From positions 1 through 64,000 of IMG/VR virus record IMGVR_UViG_3300047157_000229: a stretch of DNA of 64,000 bases; one strand, written 5' to 3'. A program made the translations under genes and the position numbers. Source of the stretch: a virus. The notes under the pieces are model-generated. The model saw only the letters and a list, made by a program, of their open reading frames with translations, did no database searches and was not told the origin of the DNA. Of this stretch, positions 36,530 to 46,519 are shown piece by piece (within the stretch, counting starts at the first letter, position 1; every line of letters starts with the position of its first letter).

Positions 36530-38020
36530 ATGGATTACAAATACACCGCGACTTTCGAAGCTCCGCTGTTATCTTGTGAGATAAATAAAGCTTCGTTTAT
36601 TTCAGAGGCTTCTCTAAAAAACTTAGAGCCTCTCATACCAAAAGAGATAGACTACAATGAGAATGTAGATCTTATGGGTGTGGCTTTTAATGCTGCCGTC
36701 ATAAATCAATTCAATAAGAATGGTGATGGTATGGATGCGGCAACCGCTGTTAAATACACTAATAAGTTTATTCATAAACCCACTAATATCGAGCATGATA
36801 AACAAAAAGTTGTGGGCCATATTGTTTCAGCTGGTTACAGTGACTACAAATCTAGCGAACTTATAGAAGAAGAAGCCGCAGCTTCTATGAAAGAGCCTTT
36901 TAATATAGCTCTTGGGGCTGTTTTATATAAGACTATAAACTCTAGTTTTACTAATTTAGTTGAAAAATCATTAGACGAAAATAGCAAACAATATCAGAAA
37001 GTATCTGCTAGCTGGGAGGTGGGTTTCAATGATTATGTTTTAGCTGTAGGGAGTGATCGTTTGAGCGAAGCGCGTATTATCTCTGACCCTGAAGAGATAT
37101 CGGAAATGCAGGGCTTTTTGAGGAGCTATGGTGGAAATGGTAAGACAGATAAAGGGGAGACTATAAATAGGTTAATCAAAGGAGATATATACCCATTGGG
37201 TATCGCTTACACTTTGAACCCAGCTGCAGATGTTAAGGGTTTGTATGCCCCTTCTGAAGAAACTAAAAAAGTTTTTATATCTGATAAAAGGGATAAAATT
37301 TCACAAAACAGTAATTTAAATGTAAACAACGAAAAGAACATTATTGATATGGAACTTGAAAAAACTCTAAATGAACTAAAGGATCTTCTTAGTGAGAAGA
37401 AATTCTCCAAAGAAGCGGTAGCTTCTATGACCGATACCTTTGCTGATGCAATCCGTCAACGGGACGAACAATACCGTAAGGATCTTGAAGCAGAGAAATT
37501 GGAGAAAGAAGAAAAGATCAAAGAATATGAAGACCTCAAAGCTTCGGTTGCAGAACTGGAAGCTAAATTTGGCGAAGCCAGTGAGCGAATCGTTTCTTTT
37601 GAGAACGAAAAGAAAGCTGAAGAAGCTATTGCTTCGTTCAATACTCGTATGGACCAGATTGACGAGAAATTCGAACTTGATGACCAAGATCGTGAATTCC
37701 TCGCTTCTGAGCTTAAAGGTCTTGGAGACGAAGCTGCTTATGAGGCATTTGCTTCAAAACTCGACATCCTTTGGAAGACTAAAAATAAAGAGGTTCAAGA
37801 AGAGTTCAACTCTCAAATTCAAGCTCGTATTGATGAAGAAGTTGCTAAAAAACTTTCAACCGCTTCAACCGAAGAGGTTAAAATCGAAGACGCTCTCGAC
37901 GCTGCTGAAGTGGTGGATGCGGAAGTATCCAATGCTAACGAAGCTGTAGCTTCTCAAGAGCCTTCATTGCGCGATAAGTTCGCATCAGCTTTCTCTCGCG
38001 AAAACATTCAAATTTCTTAG
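36530..38020 (+). CDS. Prohead protease-scaffold fusion
   Basis: NKNGDG, KPTNIEH...VVGH, SASWEV; C-terminal coiled coil. Confidence 0.75.
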   Translation: MDYKYTATFEAPLLSCEINKASFISEASLKNLEPLIPKEIDYNENVDLMGVAFNAAVINQFNKNGDGMDAATAVKYTNKFIHKPTNIEHDKQKVVGHIVSAGYSDYKSSELIEEEAAASMKEPFNIALGAVLYKTINSSFTNLVEKSLDENSKQYQKVSASWEVGFNDYVLAVGSDRLSEARIISDPEEISEMQGFLRSYGGNGKTDKGETINRLIKGDIYPLGIAYTLNPAADVKGLYAPSEETKKVFISDKRDKISQNSNLNVNNEKNIIDMELEKTLNELKDLLSEKKFSKEAVASMTDTFADAIRQRDEQYRKDLEAEKLEKEEKIKEYEDLKASVAELEAKFGEASERIVSFENEKKAEEAIASFNTRMDQIDEKFELDDQDREFLASELKGLGDEAAYEAFASKLDILWKTKNKEVQEEFNSQIQARIDEEVAKKLSTASTEEVKIEDALDAAEVVDAEVSNANEAVASQEPSLRDKFASAFSRENIQIS

Positions 38021-38040
38021 AAAATAAACAAAAATAGATT

Positions 38041-38709
38041 ATGGCATTACGAATTCTACCATTCAGACAATATTCTGACCACGATGTTGTGAACATGTAC
38101 TCTGTCATTGGCAGTGACGTTCTCACAAGCACTACCGACACAGGCGCTGGCGATGCTGGCGTTTTCGTGAAGGTATCAGACGGAAACTTCGATAACGATC
38201 CTGTAACCTACCAGACGAACAGCTACTTGGGTAAAACCGATTATCCTTTCGTTGGTACTACAGAGATGTATCCTGAAGTTAATATTAAAGTTACAGGCGC
38301 TAAAGACGAAGATCACTGCTTAGGCATGACTCTTTATCAAACTGCTAAAAACGACGAAAACGGAGAAAAACTTCTCTATAACCCACAGAAGCAAGAAGAA
38401 CTCCAAGCTATGCTCCCAGGACAAGCTGTCCCTATCGCTACAAAAGGAATTTTCACTTTAGCTTCCACTGCGTTTGACGGACCTATTTCCAGCTACGCTC
38501 CAGGAAACAAGATTAAACTTTCCTCTAATGCTGGTAAAGTTACTGGTTTTGCTTCTATCGCACTTAGCGCTCTTACAACTGGTGATTTAGTAGACGAAAC
38601 TAAGATATTTGGTCATGTTCTTGGAACAGGATCTCGCGCTAGTGTCGGACCTACCACGGACCAGTTTGCTGGTAATTACATCGTTGTATCCTTTGACTGT
38701 AACTCTTAA
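38041..38709 (+). CDS. Head decoration/cement protein
   Basis: Between scaffold and capsid genes; Gly/Thr-rich beta-type sequence. Confidence 0.6.
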   Translation: MALRILPFRQYSDHDVVNMYSVIGSDVLTSTTDTGAGDAGVFVKVSDGNFDNDPVTYQTNSYLGKTDYPFVGTTEMYPEVNIKVTGAKDEDHCLGMTLYQTAKNDENGEKLLYNPQKQEELQAMLPGQAVPIATKGIFTLASTAFDGPISSYAPGNKIKLSSNAGKVTGFASIALSALTTGDLVDETKIFGHVLGTGSRASVGPTTDQFAGNYIVVSFDCNS

Positions 38710-38730
38710 TAATAGAAAGGACTTTATAAT

Positions 38731-39888
38731 ATGAAAATTACTTTAAAACGTACCCCAGAACAAGTCGAGCTTGTGAAAGCTATGGCTTCTCGCAACCGCA
38801 CTGTTGCACATGAGGCTCAAGTAGCTCTTGCTGATTTCATCGGACCAGTTTTGGCCGAGGTTCTCAACAACGCTCCTACTATTAGCACTCTCTTCCAGTC
38901 GCTTCAATTTGACGCTGACGACAATCCTAGCATTCCACTTGATCTTTACTATGACATCTCTGATGAAGATTATGTTAAAGTATGGAGCCAAAGCCATGCT
39001 GGTGGACTTCCAAGTAACCAAGTGCTTCCTACAGCTTCCGAGCTGAAGCTTGCTACTTACACTCTTGATTCCGCTGTTGACTTTGATCGTCGTTATGCTG
39101 CTAAAAGCCGTATGGATGTTGTTGGTAAGACTTTCTCCCGTGTCGCACAGGAGATTCTTCTTAAGCAGGAGCGCACTTCCGCTTCCTTAGTCATGACTTC
39201 GCTTGCTAACGCAACCATCAATACATCTCCACTCGCTGGCGATGCTCAGGTTTTCCGTTCTGCTCTTGCTGGCTCATTCCTTATTGATGACCTCAATAAG
39301 CTTATGACTCTTGCTAAGCGTATCAATACTTCATGGATTGGTGGAACTCCTACCACTCGCACTCGCGGTATTACTGACCTTATTGTTTCTCCAGAAGTTG
39401 TTGGCAGTATTCGTGCTATGGCATATAATCCTGTTAACACTCGCGGCGGTGACGGTGCAGGTGCAGCTGGTGACGCTTCTACAGCTAACCCAATTGCAGC
39501 TCCAGAGTCACTTCGTGAAGATCTTTTCCGCAACGCTGGACTTGATAGCTTCATGGGTCTTAACATTCTTGAGTTTAACGAGATGGGTAAAGGGCAGAAG
39601 TTCAATACTATCTTTGATACTGCAGCAGGAACAACAAACTACTCCAAGTTTGATGGGACTGGCACAGCGCAATTCAACGGCGCTACTACCGAGATTGTTG
39701 TCGGGGTTGATCGCACTCGCGATTCCCTCATGCGTGTTGTTGCTACTGATCCAGATAGCAATAGCGAGATGAACTTGATTGCAGATGACCAATACAGTGT
39801 TCGCCAGAACAAGATTGGTTACTACGGTCAAATCGAAGAAGGTCGTGTTGTCCTTGACAACCGTGTCCTCCTTGGATGTATCGTCTAA
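38731..39888 (+). CDS. Major capsid protein
   Basis: 385 aa, strong codon bias, TDLIVSPE, followed by a terminator. Confidence 0.85.
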   Translation: MKITLKRTPEQVELVKAMASRNRTVAHEAQVALADFIGPVLAEVLNNAPTISTLFQSLQFDADDNPSIPLDLYYDISDEDYVKVWSQSHAGGLPSNQVLPTASELKLATYTLDSAVDFDRRYAAKSRMDVVGKTFSRVAQEILLKQERTSASLVMTSLANATINTSPLAGDAQVFRSALAGSFLIDDLNKLMTLAKRINTSWIGGTPTTRTRGITDLIVSPEVVGSIRAMAYNPVNTRGGDGAGAAGDASTANPIAAPESLREDLFRNAGLDSFMGLNILEFNEMGKGQKFNTIFDTAAGTTNYSKFDGTGTAQFNGATTEIVVGVDRTRDSLMRVVATDPDSNSEMNLIADDQYSVRQNKIGYYGQIEEGRVVLDNRVLLGCIV

Positions 39889-39911
39889 GCTAGACTTAAC
39901 ACTTATAAAGA

Positions 39912-39941
39912 GAGCCACTCCTTCGGGGGTGGCTTTTTTTT
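39912..39941 (+). terminator. Intrinsic terminator
   Basis: AGCCACTCC-TTCG-GGGGTGGCT + T run. Confidence 0.9.
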
Positions 39942-39973
39942 GTAATTTTTTTATTTAGTGTATATAATACTGT

Positions 39974-40423
39974 ATGGCTGAAGAAGAAAACAAACAAGAG
40001 AATGGAATGCCTTTCAATGAGGTCACTACTGGGCAAGAGATCCCCCCTAAAAAGGGTTTGTTGGAAGAGTTAGAGGAGCTTAGGGAAAGTGGTCAGACTA
40101 GCACAGCTAGATATCAAGAAGTGATGAAAGAGGTAGAAGTTATCTTCGGGACAGGGGAAACTAATAGATTCGGAACTAATGATATTAATATTCTTAAGGA
40201 GAAGCTAAACAAAATGAGCAAAGCTGACCTCCAAGCTTTCTCTAGGAAGGTGGGAGTTAATCCATACTATGAAAAAAGCGCTGTCCATGATAATATTATT
40301 AAGGAGTTTAATAGATATAATAGCAGAGGGAATATCGCTACTGCACCCCAGCCAGTTCCAGCTGTGGAACTAGACCCTAATAATCCTAAACATAAAGAAG
40401 TTCTTGATTGGTTAAATCAATAA
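39974..40423 (+). CDS. Hypothetical late protein
   Basis: GTGTAT 10 nt upstream. Confidence 0.7.
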   Translation: MAEEENKQENGMPFNEVTTGQEIPPKKGLLEELEELRESGQTSTARYQEVMKEVEVIFGTGETNRFGTNDINILKEKLNKMSKADLQAFSRKVGVNPYYEKSAVHDNIIKEFNRYNSRGNIATAPQPVPAVELDPNNPKHKEVLDWLNQ

Positions 40424-40442
40424 AGATGGTGTAATACACTAT

Positions 40443-40928
40443 ATGCCGAATGTATTAGAAGACCTCGCTTCAGGGATTGTCACCACGGAATTCGATGGTG
40501 ATACAGGGATAGCTACAGTCGCTAGTGTTAGCGGGTGGCTTTATGAGAATTTAGGACAAGTCAATACTTACCTCTATACAAACTTTAGCGGAGATAACGC
40601 TCAGGGGACTTATGGTCTGATGGATATTGAGGCTCAAAATGTCCTAAAAGAACTATACCTTTCTAATTACTACAATAAAGAGGCTAGGAACGCCCTCAGA
40701 GGCATTACTAGGTCGTCTGTGAGTGGAGACAACGTTTTGTCCCTAAGAGACGGTGACAGCGCTGTGACGTTCATTAATCGTAATGAGGTATCTAAAGTCT
40801 ATCGAGGGTTAGCCAATGACTGTATGGACAAGGTAACTAAGATGGCAGCTCAATATAACATCTACCAAGCCCAACCTAGACAGTTGGGTGGTATAGATGC
40901 TAGTGGGATAGGTATCGTTTATACCTAA
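40443..40928 (+). CDS. Putative head-tail adaptor
   Basis: Position, size; GTGTAA 8 nt upstream. Confidence 0.5.
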   Translation: MPNVLEDLASGIVTTEFDGDTGIATVASVSGWLYENLGQVNTYLYTNFSGDNAQGTYGLMDIEAQNVLKELYLSNYYNKEARNALRGITRSSVSGDNVLSLRDGDSAVTFINRNEVSKVYRGLANDCMDKVTKMAAQYNIYQAQPRQLGGIDASGIGIVYT

Positions 40929-40929
40929 A

Positions 40930-41139
40930 TTACTTACCTTGTAAAAGAGCTTTATTCTTAAGGTATTCAGCGCGAAGAGCGTCATCCTTTTCAGGGTTAG
41001 CTTTACGGGCTGCTACAAACTCCTTTTTTAGCTCGCCAAGAGTTTTAGCTGTAGGCTTAGGAGCTTCTACTTTTTTAGGAGCTTCTACTTTTTTCTCTAC
41101 AGCCTTTTTGGGGGCCACTTTCTTTTTTGAATCACTCAT
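40930..41139 (-). CDS. Small Lys/Ala/Pro-rich protein
   Basis: KKVEAP repeats. Confidence 0.6.
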   Translation of the reverse strand: MSDSKKKVAPKKAVEKKVEAPKKVEAPKPTAKTLGELKKEFVAARKANPEKDDALRAEYLKNKALLQGK

Positions 41140-41144
41140 AGCTT

Positions 41145-41309
41145 TTAGTGGAAATCTTTCCAATCTCTACCGTCATTACAGATTTTGTTTGGTCTACGCC
41201 CCTCGTAACCGCCTGAAGATTTAGGTTCTTCTTTCTTTGGTTGCTCAGGCTTAGACTCCCCTTTCGGGGAGAAAAATGTGCTACTTTCTTTTTTATCTTG
41301 ATCAGACAT
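41145..41309 (-). CDS. Small hypothetical protein
   Basis: ORF track, start reassigned. Confidence 0.5.
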   Translation of the reverse strand: MSDQDKKESSTFFSPKGESKPEQPKKEEPKSSGGYEGRRPNKICNDGRDWKDFH

Positions 41310-41310
41310 A

Positions 41311-42465
41311 TTAGATAAAGACTGGGTTAACTCCAACACCGCTCATAAATACGCCATTAAGCTGGTCTTCGGGTCCACCTATTTGAGTAGAAAATGTAAT
41401 ATCTACGGTTTTATTCGATCCAATGCTAGAAGAGAAAGACTGGCTATCGACTTTCAAGCCTTTAAGAGTATACTTAATAGCTTCTTTGCTTTCGGAATCT
41501 TTAACTGAAACGCTTGCTTCTTGGACTCCAGAACCTAGTAAATTTGACAAGTTTGCTACTTGAGCTTCAGCTACTATAGCGCTTATGTTAAGTGTTGCAT
41601 TGACGGGGAAATCGACTTCTCTTGCAAATGGGAATCGGCTACCAAGTCTATCGATAGGAGTTCTTGAAAGAGGCAGTGAAATAGAAGCGCTTTGAATATG
41701 CGCTCCATCACTACCATCTAGTTTCACTAGAGATACTCCATCTATAGCTGTCAGGTCAAGTGTTACATCTCCTGGACGCAATGCTGTAATAGCAGTGTCA
41801 CCAGCTGATCCAGTAATTCCTCCGTCATCAGTTGGGTTAGGTAGAGTAATCGTACTAGCTGTATATATAGTGCCAGCTTCTTGATCTATCGCTGGATTTT
41901 GAAATTCAGGGCCACCCGTGACAGAGTTCATGTTAGCTCCTTCGACTGTTACGTTGACAGTAGGTAGAGAACCTACAGATAGATCTACACTATAATCGCT
42001 AAGGTAGCAATTTCCTATGCCAATAATAGTATCGGCATTATCGACGGCTGCACCTGCACCCGCCTGATTTAAATCAACGCCGTTAGGAGAAGTTACAATA
42101 AAAAAGTTCGTTCCAGAATTAGCGACTAACTGACCAGAAGCGAAATTACCTTTTCCATATGCAGGTGTCTTTATTTCACGTTGAGTATTTGCCCCGCTGT
42201 TTTCAACGAAGAAACCTAAAGATCTTTCGTTGAAACCATCTGTAAGGTAGTAGCTAAAGTCTAGAGATACGGTAGGTGGATCAAGAACCAAGGAATCAAT
42301 CCTAGCTAAGTCTCCAAATTGGTTAACGTCTTGACGATTAATCGTAAAACTATAGTTAGCGCTTTGAACGCGATTCAACTGTTCGTGAGATACTGCAGAT
42401 CCCGAAGCGGATGAAATGCTCGTGAATAAGCCTTCTGATTGGTAAATTACTCTGTTTCTTGACAT
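41311..42465 (-). CDS. Major tail tube protein
   Basis: RVQSANYSFTINRQDVNQFG and a second HIQSASISLPLSRTPIDRLG half. Confidence 0.7.
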   Translation of the reverse strand: MSRNRVIYQSEGLFTSISSASGSAVSHEQLNRVQSANYSFTINRQDVNQFGDLARIDSLVLDPPTVSLDFSYYLTDGFNERSLGFFVENSGANTQREIKTPAYGKGNFASGQLVANSGTNFFIVTSPNGVDLNQAGAGAAVDNADTIIGIGNCYLSDYSVDLSVGSLPTVNVTVEGANMNSVTGGPEFQNPAIDQEAGTIYTASTITLPNPTDDGGITGSAGDTAITALRPGDVTLDLTAIDGVSLVKLDGSDGAHIQSASISLPLSRTPIDRLGSRFPFAREVDFPVNATLNISAIVAEAQVANLSNLLGSGVQEASVSVKDSESKEAIKYTLKGLKVDSQSFSSSIGSNKTVDITFSTQIGGPEDQLNGVFMSGVGVNPVFI

Positions 42466-42515
42466 AATTAAAGATTCTTTATTTTGTTTACAGTTTTAAT
42501 ATTAAAATATGAAAT

Positions 42516-43367
42516 TTATTGGAAGCGATATCTATATTGTTCTATGTCGAAATCCACAAATCCGACATAAAGTTCATTTGCAAGAACATTTCTAGTCCTA
42601 TCTGTTAGTTTTGAGGTCTTTACTTTCTCTATGCAGAACTTAGTTTCCCCTTTATAGGATTCAGCTAAACTCGTATAATTAAAGTCTCCTTCTTTTAAAT
42701 CTCCAAATTCTGTGATTGGGTAACCTGACATTGGTATAGCTGCAATCACTTCATCTACAGAATCCATAAAGATAGACATAACTCCATCTAATTGGTATGT
42801 GTCCTCTGCGAGAATAACAGCTTTTGCTTGGACTTTTGTTTCTTGCATACCACCCAAAGCAAATGGGCATTTTCCGCTTGAGAAACAGACAGGAAAATAG
42901 CAGGAACTACATCATCATAAGGCTCAATATAAGTCAGAGGGCCAGATGGCAGTCTTGAATTAACAACATATTTGTTTTCTACTATTAAGTCATCTTCAGT
43001 ATCATTAGTAAGATAAACATTAAAATCTTTTACCGCGAACTCTCCTGTGACTAGTCATGCTTGTATTATCTCCCGAAAACAAAGCTCTGCCATTTTCAAA
43101 ATCAAAAACTACCCCGTCATCTCGACCTGATGTGCCAGCCCCTACCACTGAAACCCCTGTAGGTATAACAGCTCCAGCTATTGATGAATCTGTCACCCAT
43201 TGTTTATATGGGCTTCCATAAGCTACATATCTAGAATCTAATCTTGGATCAGCATAGTTAAATAGCTCTCCAGTCTTATTGCTATAAGCTTCACCTTTCT
43301 TTAGTAAGAAATTATCGAACCACAAAAAGAAAGATGAGGTTAGTTTATGTTGGAATTGTTCAATCAT
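42516..43367 (-). CDS. Tail-completion-like structural protein, broken by indels (~43040, ~42870)
   Basis: ORFs 43020-43367 and 42516-42857 with coding-like sequence between them. Confidence 0.55.
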
Positions 43368-43948
43368 TTCAAGTTTTCAAATCGTTTTCGGTATCTTTTT
43401 ATCAAAGAAGATATATAAGGTCTGTTCTGAAATCTACCGCTTCTTACTCTTTTTACACGACTTTGTATCGCAGCCCCCGATCTTCCCTCACTTTTCCTTA
43501 ATAAATATCCTAAACCTGACAAGCCTCTTTCTATACCTTCGGCCCAACTTCTTCCAGAAGCCCAAGGTAAAGGTGTGACCATGAATATATCTTCTGCTGT
43601 AGGCAAGGACACTTCAAATTCAACTCCTATACCCCTCTGTTTTATTTCTTGTTTATAAATTATTTGAGTTCCCTCTAACATGTTTAATATTGGAGATATT
43701 GGTTGCTCTCCTGAATTAAAACCTATAAATGCAAATAAATTACTAATACCACCAAGAGTACCACTAATGTTTGATGCTCCAGCTCCTTCTAGCAGCTCTA
43801 TAGTAACGGGGTCAGTCAAGAACTCTTTGATCATTTCATTTTTTAGATCTTTGAATTTCTTGTTTATCTCCTTTTCAAAGTCTCTTCTTAGAGCTTTTGG
43901 AGCTTGCCTTTTTAAAGCATTCTGGACATCTATAGGTAGTTTCGCCAT
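43364..43948 (-). CDS. Putative neck protein
   Basis: Position in operon. Confidence 0.5.
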   Translation of the reverse strand: MAKLPIDVQNALKRQAPKALRRDFEKEINKKFKDLKNEMIKEFLTDPVTIELLEGAGASNISGTLGGISNLFAFIGFNSGEQPISPILNMLEGTQIIYKQEIKQRGIGVEFEVSLPTAEDIFMVTPLPWASGRSWAEGIERGLSGLGYLLRKSEGRSGAAIQSRVKRVRSGRFQNRPYISSLIKRYRKRFENLK

Positions 43949-44416
43949 TTATTCAGTTGGGCTTAGAACGAAGGTGTAGAACTGATTAGAGGTGAAACCT
44001 CTAGGCTTACCATCGCTTTCTATTATAAACATTGTTCCATCAAACTCAACTCTACGAGCTTCGCTAAGATAGTTGTAACCATCTACTTTAACTACTATTC
44101 TTACTGTGCCATCAGACACTACCACTTTGTTTTGAGTACCAGCTTGATCTGCTGGACCATCATCTGTCAAATACGATGTATCCATGTCATCATAATAGAT
44201 ACGAGCTTGAAACGTTTGAGATTCGGTAGAATATTCTACTGAGCTATCAGAGCCAGTATTAGTTCTTCCATACAAAGAGTTCCAAGAGCTATTAGAAGCT
44301 ATGAGGGTTTTCTTAGCATTCTTGTAAACTGTTATAGTCCTCGCAAATGTAGTATGTAAAGTATCAGCTAAGTTCTGAACTTTTGTTATTTGGTCGCTTG
44401 ATAAAAAACCTGCCAT
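43949..44416 (-). CDS. Putative head-closure protein
   Basis: ARTITVYK...RVEFDG; GTGTAA 8 nt upstream. Confidence 0.5.
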   Translation of the reverse strand: MAGFLSSDQITKVQNLADTLHTTFARTITVYKNAKKTLIASNSSWNSLYGRTNTGSDSSVEYSTESQTFQARIYYDDMDTSYLTDDGPADQAGTQNKVVVSDGTVRIVVKVDGYNYLSEARRVEFDGTMFIIESDGKPRGFTSNQFYTFVLSPTE

Positions 44417-44460
44417 GTTGATTTTTACACTATTATTTATATAATAAGATAGGTTTAAGG

Positions 44461-44748
44461 ATGAACGCTAAAAAAAATTTAGAAAAGTTGTCTAATGATG
44501 AGATTTCTAGGCTTTTCAAAATGATGCTTATCATGGTCGAAGATATGAAGAAAGATCACGATTTTCATTATGAGAAGCTTTATAAAAATATCCCAAAGAA
44601 GTATCACCCAATTATAGATACCGCAGATCACTTTACCCCTGATAAGGCGGATTGGATTCGAAAAAGAATTTTAGATTGCGGCAATGAATCTATTAGAAAT
44701 TTGTGTTCTAGAATTGATAATTATCAGGTAAGTTTTACATTTAAATAA
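44461..44748 (+). CDS. Hypothetical protein
   Basis: ORF track. Confidence 0.65.
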   Translation: MNAKKNLEKLSNDEISRLFKMMLIMVEDMKKDHDFHYEKLYKNIPKKYHPIIDTADHFTPDKADWIRKRILDCGNESIRNLCSRIDNYQVSFTFK

Positions 44749-44759
44749 GGAAAAAGGTT

Positions 44760-45515
44760 ATGGCATTTAAAGAATTGTATTCGTTCACTATCGAAGAAGA
44801 AAAAGAAGTAGAAAAAACTTCTAAAAGAAAAAACAAGAAAACTGGAGAGGAGACTACTGTCACTAAGAAAGTGAAGCAGAAAGTCCCGATCCAAATCTCG
44901 ATTAAACGTCCTTCTCGTAGAGAGCTAGAAGAGGCTGAGCTAGAATACTCTGTAGAAATGAGCCGTTGTGTCAAAAAAGGTATTTTGACTAAGGCTATGC
45001 TATATAAGAAATATAGTGATACTGGTGGTGTCTGGACTGAAGATGAGGCTAAAGATTATGGGGTTTTGTATAAAGAGACTTTTGAAATACAAAATAAGTA
45101 TGTCAGACTAGAGACTATCGAAAAAAAGACTGATGCTCAACTAAAAGAGTTGGACCAGTTGAAGACTGACCTCGCAGAGATTCGACGGAAACTTGTAGAC
45201 GCTGAGACTTCTATGGAGAGCTTGTTCAACCATACCGCTGACAATAAAGCTCAAAATAGATTGCTTCTTTGGTACACCCTAATGCTCACAAACATCAAAG
45301 CTGATGCTGATGGCGAATTCTCTCCTTACTTCAAAGGTGATGATTTTGATGAAAAAATTGAGGATTACTACAAGAAAGAGGACGAGGCTTCCGCATTTTA
45401 CTCAGACGTTGTAAAGAAAGTCACCACTGTCTTAGCTTTCTGGTTCTTTAACCAAGCATCTTCTCCTGACGAATTTAATAAACTTATTGAAGATGTCGAA
45501 AAAGGTGAGGTTTGA
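44760..45515 (+). CDS. Putative tail assembly chaperone
   Basis: Helical protein upstream of the tape measure. Confidence 0.5.
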   Translation: MAFKELYSFTIEEEKEVEKTSKRKNKKTGEETTVTKKVKQKVPIQISIKRPSRRELEEAELEYSVEMSRCVKKGILTKAMLYKKYSDTGGVWTEDEAKDYGVLYKETFEIQNKYVRLETIEKKTDAQLKELDQLKTDLAEIRRKLVDAETSMESLFNHTADNKAQNRLLLWYTLMLTNIKADADGEFSPYFKGDDFDEKIEDYYKKEDEASAFYSDVVKKVTTVLAFWFFNQASSPDEFNKLIEDVEKGEV

Positions 45516-46486
45516 AGGATGAATTCTATATCTCTTTAATAGGGGAAGCTTTTGATGGCTACACAGAGGCATCTTTAGGTGATGATATTGTTTACATTAA
45601 ACACGTAAATATTAGAGATCAAAGGTATCTACACAAGTATTTTGAAAAATATAAAGATTTAGCTCTCAAGAGGGGTCTTGAGACAGAGGCTGAGAGAATA
45701 AAATACGTCTTGAAAGAGAAGCTTTGGGAAGAAAAAGACGATATGAAAATCGCTTCTCTAGAAGGCGAGATCACAAATCTAAAAAAAACTGTAAACCAAC
45801 TATTGTTAGCCTCTCAAAGAGAAGAGTATAATAAGTTGATATTACAAAGAGCTGAAGAATTATACGAATTAAAGAAAAGCCGTTCTGAAGTCGTTGGTAA
45901 AACTGCGGAAGATTATGGAACTGGGAGAAGTTCAGATGAATTATTAAGATTCTTATTGTTTAAAGATAAAGACCTAAAAGAGAATCTCTATACAGAAGAA
46001 GAATTTGCGGAATTAGAAGGTTGGGAAATAAAACAATTAACTGACTTACATCTAGATATACAATCTAGATTAGCTGATGACAAGATACAGAAGGCTGTTC
46101 TGAGGCCATTCTTTAGTATGTATCTATCTCTTTGTGAAGATGCTTACGGATTCTACCAGAAACCTGTAACAGAATTAACTATATATCAACTACGAGTAGT
46201 ATTGTTTGGCAGGATGTTCTTTAACATCTTCCAACACACAGAAGATATACCTGATAATATCCGAGATGATCCTGAAAAATTACTAGCATACTCCCAGAGT
46301 AAATCTAGCGGTAACACAGGTGGAATTAGAGATGACGCTGATAGCTCTGTTGTCTTCGGGGCTACTAATCAAGATGTCAAAGAACTTGGTGGAGAGAAAG
46401 CTGTTTCTCTTTCTGAGGAAGCTAAAAAACATGGTGGTCAACTAGATATGACACAAATGATGCGATTAGCTGGGCATGATGTGTAA
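45512..46486 (+). CDS. Putative tail assembly chaperone 2
   Basis: Directly upstream of the tape measure. Confidence 0.5.
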   Translation: MKDEFYISLIGEAFDGYTEASLGDDIVYIKHVNIRDQRYLHKYFEKYKDLALKRGLETEAERIKYVLKEKLWEEKDDMKIASLEGEITNLKKTVNQLLLASQREEYNKLILQRAEELYELKKSRSEVVGKTAEDYGTGRSSDELLRFLLFKDKDLKENLYTEEEFAELEGWEIKQLTDLHLDIQSRLADDKIQKAVLRPFFSMYLSLCEDAYGFYQKPVTELTIYQLRVVLFGRMFFNIFQHTEDIPDNIRDDPEKLLAYSQSKSSGNTGGIRDDADSSVVFGATNQDVKELGGEKAVSLSEEAKKHGGQLDMTQMMRLAGHDV

Positions 46487-46519
46487 ATCTTTGTGTAATT
46501 ACATTAAAGGTTAACGGAT